The translations under genes and the position numbers were made by a program. The notes under the pieces are model-generated. The model saw only the letters and a list, made by a program, of their open reading frames with translations. It searched no databases and was not told the DNA's origin. A stretch of DNA of 53,549 nucleotides from Thermodesulfobacteriota bacterium (lineage in GTDB: Bacteria > Desulfobacterota > Desulfobacteria > Desulfobacterales > SURF-7), in assembly GCA_049320885.1 (NCBI GenBank), contig JBMORA010000056.1, positions 1-53,549 of the forward strand. The letters are read 5' to 3'. This document shows, in pieces, positions 49,662 through 53,549 of this stretch (position 1 is the first letter of the stretch; the number at the start of each line of letters is the position of its first letter).

Positions 49662-51061
49662 GAGCCCTCGGTTCCCATGAAAATTTCGGCCAGCGTGGGA
49701 TGGGGGTGAATGGTCTCCGCCAGCTCCCGGACCGTGCAGCCGGTTTTCAGGGCCAGGACCGCTTCGGCGATCAGCTCCGCGGCCTGGGCCCCGATGATGT
49801 GGACCCCGAGAATCCGGCCGCCGGCCTTTTCCGAGATCAGCCTGGCCTCTCCGGCGATGTCGCCGATGACATGGGCCTTGCCCACCTGCCGGAACAGAAA
49901 GCGGTCGACATGGACGTCCCGGCCCTCGGCGGCAGCCCGGGCTTCGGTGAGCCCCACGGCCGCCACCTCCGGCATGGTGAAAATCGCCGTGGGGATCAGG
50001 TCGTAGCGCATGCGCCGGTTGTTGCCCAGGGCGTTTTCCGCGGCCACGACCCCCTCGGCCGCGGCCGCATGGGCCAGCATGACCTTGGCCGGCCCCAGGA
50101 TATCGCCGATGGCGTAGACTCCCGGCGCGCTGGTGGCCATGGTCTCGTCCGCGATCACCCACCCGGCCTGGTCCCGGGCCACGCCCAGGGCCTCAAGCCC
50201 CAGGTCCCCGGTCCAGGGCCCCCGGCCGATGCAGACCAGCATCATCTCCACCGCCAGGGGTTCCCGGTGCGGCAGGGACGGGGATTCGGCCCCCGGAGCC
50301 GGCCCAAGGGTCAGCGCCAGGCCGGTGTCCGTTGCCGCCACCGCCGCCGCCCGGTGCCGGACCAGCACCTCGATACCGCGTTTCTTCATTTCCCGCCGCA
50401 GGATATCGGAACAGCTCTCCTCCACCGCCGGCAGGGGCAGCAGGCGCCCGAGTTCCTCCACCACCGTCACCCGGGATCCCAGGGCCGAGAGGATAAAGGC
50501 GAATTCGCAGCCGATGACCCCGCCGCCGATGATGGCGACGCTCTCCGGCACATGATCCAGATCCAGGACATGATCGCTGGACAGCACCCGTTTTCCGTCA
50601 AAGGGGGCGAAGGGCAAGGGCCGGGGCCGGCTGCCCGTGGCGATGATCAGGCGGTCCCACTCCAGCAGGATTTCGGAGCCGTCTTCCCGGGCCACGGCGA
50701 TGCTGCGGCCGGGCCGGACCGCGGCGCGGCCCTGGACATACCGGACCTTACGGCGCTTCAGCAGGGCCATGATCCCGCCGGCCTGGATGTCCACCACCTT
50801 GTTCTTCCGCCGGACCAGGCCGGGCATGTCGACGGACGGCACCCCCGGGTTGCGGATGCCGAACTCCGGCGCCCGCCGGAACCGATCCAGCAGGTCCGCC
50901 GTGGTTTTCATGACTTTGGAGGGAATGCAGCCGCGGTTGAGGCAGACGCCGCCCACCCGGTCGCCTTCGACGAGGGTGACCTCCCCGCCCAGCCCGGCGG
51001 CATGGGCCGCGGCCGTGTATCCGCCCGGCCCCGCGCCGATGACGATGATTTTCAAGGCCAT
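49658..51061 (-). CDS. lpdA: Dihydrolipoyl dehydrogenase
   Basis: IGAGPGGY, GGVCLNRGCIPSK, ATGS, IIGGGVIGCE, YAIGD, HPHPTLAE; ATG 51061 with AGGAG. Confidence 0.92.
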   Translation of the reverse strand: MALKIIVIGAGPGGYTAAAHAAGLGGEVTLVEGDRVGGVCLNRGCIPSKVMKTTADLLDRFRRAPEFGIRNPGVPSVDMPGLVRRKNKVVDIQAGGIMALLKRRKVRYVQGRAAVRPGRSIAVAREDGSEILLEWDRLIIATGSRPRPLPFAPFDGKRVLSSDHVLDLDHVPESVAIIGGGVIGCEFAFILSALGSRVTVVEELGRLLPLPAVEESCSDILRREMKKRGIEVLVRHRAAAVAATDTGLALTLGPAPGAESPSLPHREPLAVEMMLVCIGRGPWTGDLGLEALGVARDQAGWVIADETMATSAPGVYAIGDILGPAKVMLAHAAAAEGVVAAENALGNNRRMRYDLIPTAIFTMPEVAAVGLTEARAAAEGRDVHVDRFLFRQVGKAHVIGDIAGEARLISEKAGGRILGVHIIGAQAAELIAEAVLALKTGCTVRELAETIHPHPTLAEIFMGTEGS

Positions 51062-51094
51062 GTTGCCTCTCCTGACGGATACCGCTTTGCTGTC

Positions 51095-51121
51095 ATCCGT
51101 GGCATCCGTGGCATCCGTGGT
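51095..51121 (+). repeat. Tandem 9-mer repeat (ATCCGTGGN)x3
   Basis: ATCCGTGGC ATCCGTGGC ATCCGTGGT upstream of lpdA; same unit and orientation as 45693-45719. Confidence 0.85.
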
Positions 51122-51244
51122 GTAACAATCTTTGGCTGTATTTTCAATCTCCCTTGGTGCTTCGGCATCATGATATCTGCAAGCCCTGTTATGGGTCATG
51201 CCCCGGTCGATGTCAAACCAAAAAAACTCCCTCCGGACCGGGCA

Positions 51245-51574
51245 ATGCCGCAGCCCCACAACAGGGATCGCAGCCGCTGCTTAAGAGAAATCCTATTGCA
51301 ATCAGAACTCGTTTCGGCTCCGGATATCTGTCCCGGCAACGCCTCGCGAATCCTTCAACAGATCAAACAAAAGGTATCGGGTCTCCATACCGTGCCTCAT
51401 CGCGGTAGAATCGTACCTGAATTAAAAGCACAGGGCATACACACCTACCGGGAATTCATTGTTGCTCCATGGCGGGTTATCTACAGAATAACGGATACGA
51501 CAGTCTTCGTTGTATCCGTTATCGATTCAAGAAGAAACGTCGAGGATCTTCTGCTCGACAGATTCGTCAAATAG
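51245..51574 (+). pseudogene. RelE/ParE-family toxin with a missing or scrambled N-terminus
   Basis: PGNASRILQQIKQK..L...PHRGRIVPEL....YREFIVAPWRVIYRI....VFVVSVIDSRRNVEDLL is typical RelE/ParE. The first strand/helix is not recognisable, the in-frame ATG 51245 has no clear RBS, and no antitoxin lies upstream. Confidence 0.7.
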
Positions 51575-51579
51575 AGCGC

Positions 51580-51612
51580 ATCCCTTTTTATCGGCATCTG
51601 CGAAAAAGGGAT
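51580..51612. terminator. Hairpin between the convergent toxin and antitoxin relics
   Basis: ATCCCTTTTT (51580-89) ... AAAAAGGGAT (51603-12): perfect 10-bp inverted repeat. Confidence 0.45.
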
Positions 51613-51650
51613 TCATTACTGTCTTGATCTGATTGACGTTTGCAAAAACA

Positions 51651-52001
51651 TTACAAGGATCTGATCTCCGAAAGAAGCTCGGGATGACGGTCAAGCACCT
51701 TCAGCAGTTTCACCAACGCCAGCGGCGGTTTGGTCTTACCGTTTTCATAGCGTGAGAATGCGTTGACACCGCCGCCGAAAATCTCGGCGGCTTCGCGCTG
51801 GTCTATGGCAAGCTTTTTACGCACTCTCGCAATGAATGCCGGATCAACAATGGACGCGTTCACCTGCTTATTGAAGGCTGACATAAATGCGCTGACACGC
51901 GCCGATTCATCCAAATCGAGTACGGCCTCACCGCAAGCGGAGCAGAAATCCCCTGTTATGGAATAACCGTGGATTCACCCTTGTAGGGGTATGAGATTGT
52001 C
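51651..52001 (-). pseudogene. mqsA: MqsA-family antitoxin (zinc ribbon + HTH), 5'-truncated and frameshifted
   Basis: ISYPYKGESTVIP, a frameshift near 51960, then ITGDFCSACGEAVL...VRKKLAIDQREAAEIFGGGVNAFSRYENGKTKP. The first CxxC is missing. Confidence 0.85.
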
Positions 52002-52002
52002 A

Positions 52003-52983
52003 TCATAAAAGATCATCCAGGGGACTCGGAACCCCCTGCCCGCCCTGTTGGAGCACATGGGTGTAAATCATGGTGGTGGCCACGTCATTATGGCCCAGCA
52101 AGGCCTGGATGGTGCGGATGTCGTTGCCGCGCTGCAGCAGATGGGTCGCGAAACTGTGCCTCAGCGTGTGCGCGCTGACTTTTTTGACGATTCCGGCCTC
52201 GCGGACCGCTGCTTTGATGGCCTTGTTGATCACGCTGGGATCGATGTGATGCCGCCGGATGGCCGTGCCGCGTGGATCTGTAGAAAGGGCGCTGGACGGA
52301 AAAACATATTGCCAGCCCCACTCTTTGGAGGCGTTCGGGTATTTCCGGGCCAGGGCATGGGGCAGGTACACCTCGCCGTGGCCTCTTGCCAGATCATTCT
52401 GATGAGTCACCTTGACCTTGACGAGATGGGCGTCCAGAAACGGAATGATGGAGGCGGGAAACGTCGTCACCCGGTCCTTGTCGCCCTTGCCCGAGCGGAC
52501 CGTGATGGTCTTCAATTGATAATCAATGTCCTTGACGCGCAACCGGATGGCCTCTGAAATCCGCAGCCCGCTGCCGTACATCAGTTTGGCGATCAACTGC
52601 GGCGTGCCGGACATCAGGGACAACACCTTGGCGGTCTCCTCCCGGGTCATCACCACCGGGATATTCATCTTCCGGTGGGCGCGGACAGCGTCGATTTCAG
52701 CGGACAATTCCTGCTGCAAGACCTTCCGGTACAAAAACACCAGGGCGTTCATGGCCTGGTTCTGGGTCGCCGGCGCCACATGGCCGTGAACCGCCAGATG
52801 GGTCAAAAAAGCCTCGATCTTTTTTTCTCCGCCGGCCAGGTCATCGCGGGATTTCATGTTGTGAAAAAGCACGAATCTTCGAATCCATTCGCAGTAGGTC
52901 CGCTCCGTATGGATGGAATAATGCCGGAGCCGCATGACATCCCGGACTTCATCCAGTAATTTCCGGTCTTTTGTTGTTGACAT
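52003..52983 (-). CDS. intI: Integron integrase (tyrosine recombinase)
   Basis: N-terminal [29 protein letters not shown]; IntI-specific insert [47 protein letters not shown]. Confidence 0.96.
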   Translation of the reverse strand: MSTTKDRKLLDEVRDVMRLRHYSIHTERTYCEWIRRFVLFHNMKSRDDLAGGEKKIEAFLTHLAVHGHVAPATQNQAMNALVFLYRKVLQQELSAEIDAVRAHRKMNIPVVMTREETAKVLSLMSGTPQLIAKLMYGSGLRISEAIRLRVKDIDYQLKTITVRSGKGDKDRVTTFPASIIPFLDAHLVKVKVTHQNDLARGHGEVYLPHALARKYPNASKEWGWQYVFPSSALSTDPRGTAIRRHHIDPSVINKAIKAAVREAGIVKKVSAHTLRHSFATHLLQRGNDIRTIQALLGHNDVATTMIYTHVLQQGGQGVPSPLDDLL

Positions 52984-53025
52984 ATCGAATAAAATAAGAT
53001 TTTTATGTGACCTATGAATTCATGC

Positions 53026-53039
53026 GTCGCCATGGCGAC
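53026..53039. promoter_or_regulatory. Perfect 14-bp palindrome about 45 nt upstream of intI
   Basis: GTCGCCATGGCGAC. Confidence 0.35.
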
Positions 53040-53056
53040 ATCCGGTTTGGAAATGC

Positions 53057-53211
53057 TCAGTATCCAGAAGCCGGAATTCAGGAGACAGAATGAAATAATA
53101 TGTTAAAACAGATAAATATGCGATACTGCTTTGACATACAAAAATCCGTGACTTGTAACGTATTGTTCCTGAATTTATTCTGAATTCTGGCTCCTGACGG
53201 CTGACTTCTGA
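53057..53211. repeat. Miniature element bounded by inverted arrays of five 7-mers
   Basis: Left arm TCAGTAT CCAGAAG CCGGAAT TCAGGAG ACAGAAT (53057-53091). Right arm ATTCTGA ATTCTGG CTCCTGA CGGCTGA CTTCTGA (53177-53211). AT-rich 85-bp core. Confidence 0.75.
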
Positions 53212-53353
53212 GTAGCTTTACGCATACTTCGGAAAACGCGCCCTTTTTTTCGTCCCGGGGAGAGACGGAGGGGGATTTACAAATCGAGGGCGAAACGGGT
53301 AAGACGTCCTGACCATATCAAGCGATTTTCGGAAAATCAAGCCTGATACTGTT

Positions 53354-53416
53354 TCAGGGCAAATTTGCCCGAAAACCCCCTCAATAGGAACTTCTCAGGT
53401 CAAATTGACCTGAGAA
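53354..53416. repeat. Two related palindromic 19-mers, 41 bp apart
   Basis: TCAGGGCAAATTTGCCCGA (53354-72) and TCAGGTCAAATTGACCTGA (53395-413). The second extends to TTCTCAGGTCAA-A-TTGACCTGAGAA (53392-416). Confidence 0.7.
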
Positions 53417-53448
53417 TCAATGGTTGAACTGAACCGCTTCGCGGCAGT
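53411..53448 (+). other. Possible degenerate left half of an attC site
   Basis: TGAGAAT (R''-like, AAT instead of AAC), 5-bp spacer, GTTGAACT (L''-like), hairpin ACTG-AA-CCGC-TTC-GCGG-CAGT. No L'/R' GTTRRRY follows. Confidence 0.35.
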
Positions 53449-53549
53449 CTTTTGCCTAAAATTCAATTAGTTTCTTCACATTCCCCCTCCTGATATTTTT
53501 TCGACTTTTCGGGCATTGATCCCATCGATTATGCTGTCTCCCATGGTGT

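Noticed and set aside
49662..50162. Apparent N-terminal extension of TamB
   Set aside because: Arg/Gly/Pro-rich off-frame read of lpdA; the GTG at 49661 with an RBS and TM anchor is the better start.
49700..51574. 624-aa + strand ORF ending in a RelE/ParE domain
   Set aside because: Most of it is the antisense shadow of lpdA running by chance into the toxin relic; it is not a real fusion.
51575..51650. attC between the toxin and antitoxin relics
   Set aside because: A hairpin is present but there are no RYYYAAC/GTTRRRY boxes.
53092..53110. attI core (AATAATATGTTAAAAC)
   Set aside because: GTTAAAA misses the GTTRRRY consensus, lies inside the heptamer element and has no cassette ORF after it; cannot be called.

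Overview
Chromosomal segment from a GC-rich bacterium. Gene content (NIL-ferredoxin, many hybrid kinases, HDOD/HD-GYP proteins, long multi-POTRA Omp85) suggests a Desulfobacterota/deltaproteobacterium; this is an inference. It holds about 31 intact CDSs. Housekeeping genes are mnmA, mtaB, typA, lpdA and tamB plus an Omp85 gene. There is also a glucosylglycerate-type compatible-solute cluster, several lipid acyltransferase/thioesterase genes and a dense set of c-di-GMP and two-component genes. The right end carries an intact integron integrase (IntI) with toxin-antitoxin relics at its 3' end and a repeat/palindrome-rich upstream region; no complete attC is visible. The best candidate for an undescribed system is the 26.7-35.2 kb operon: Hpt, a PilZ-PilZ-GNAT (LuxI/FeeM-like acyl synthase), a B12-binding radical SAM enzyme and a double hybrid histidine kinase with an unusual cytoplasmic N-terminal domain. 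It reads like a c-di-GMP-gated 'make, tailor and sense' small-molecule signalling module. A second candidate is a divergent class III nucleotidyl cyclase (1.8-4.2 kb) with swapped base-pocket residues. All family calls come from motif recognition by eye; no database searches were run.
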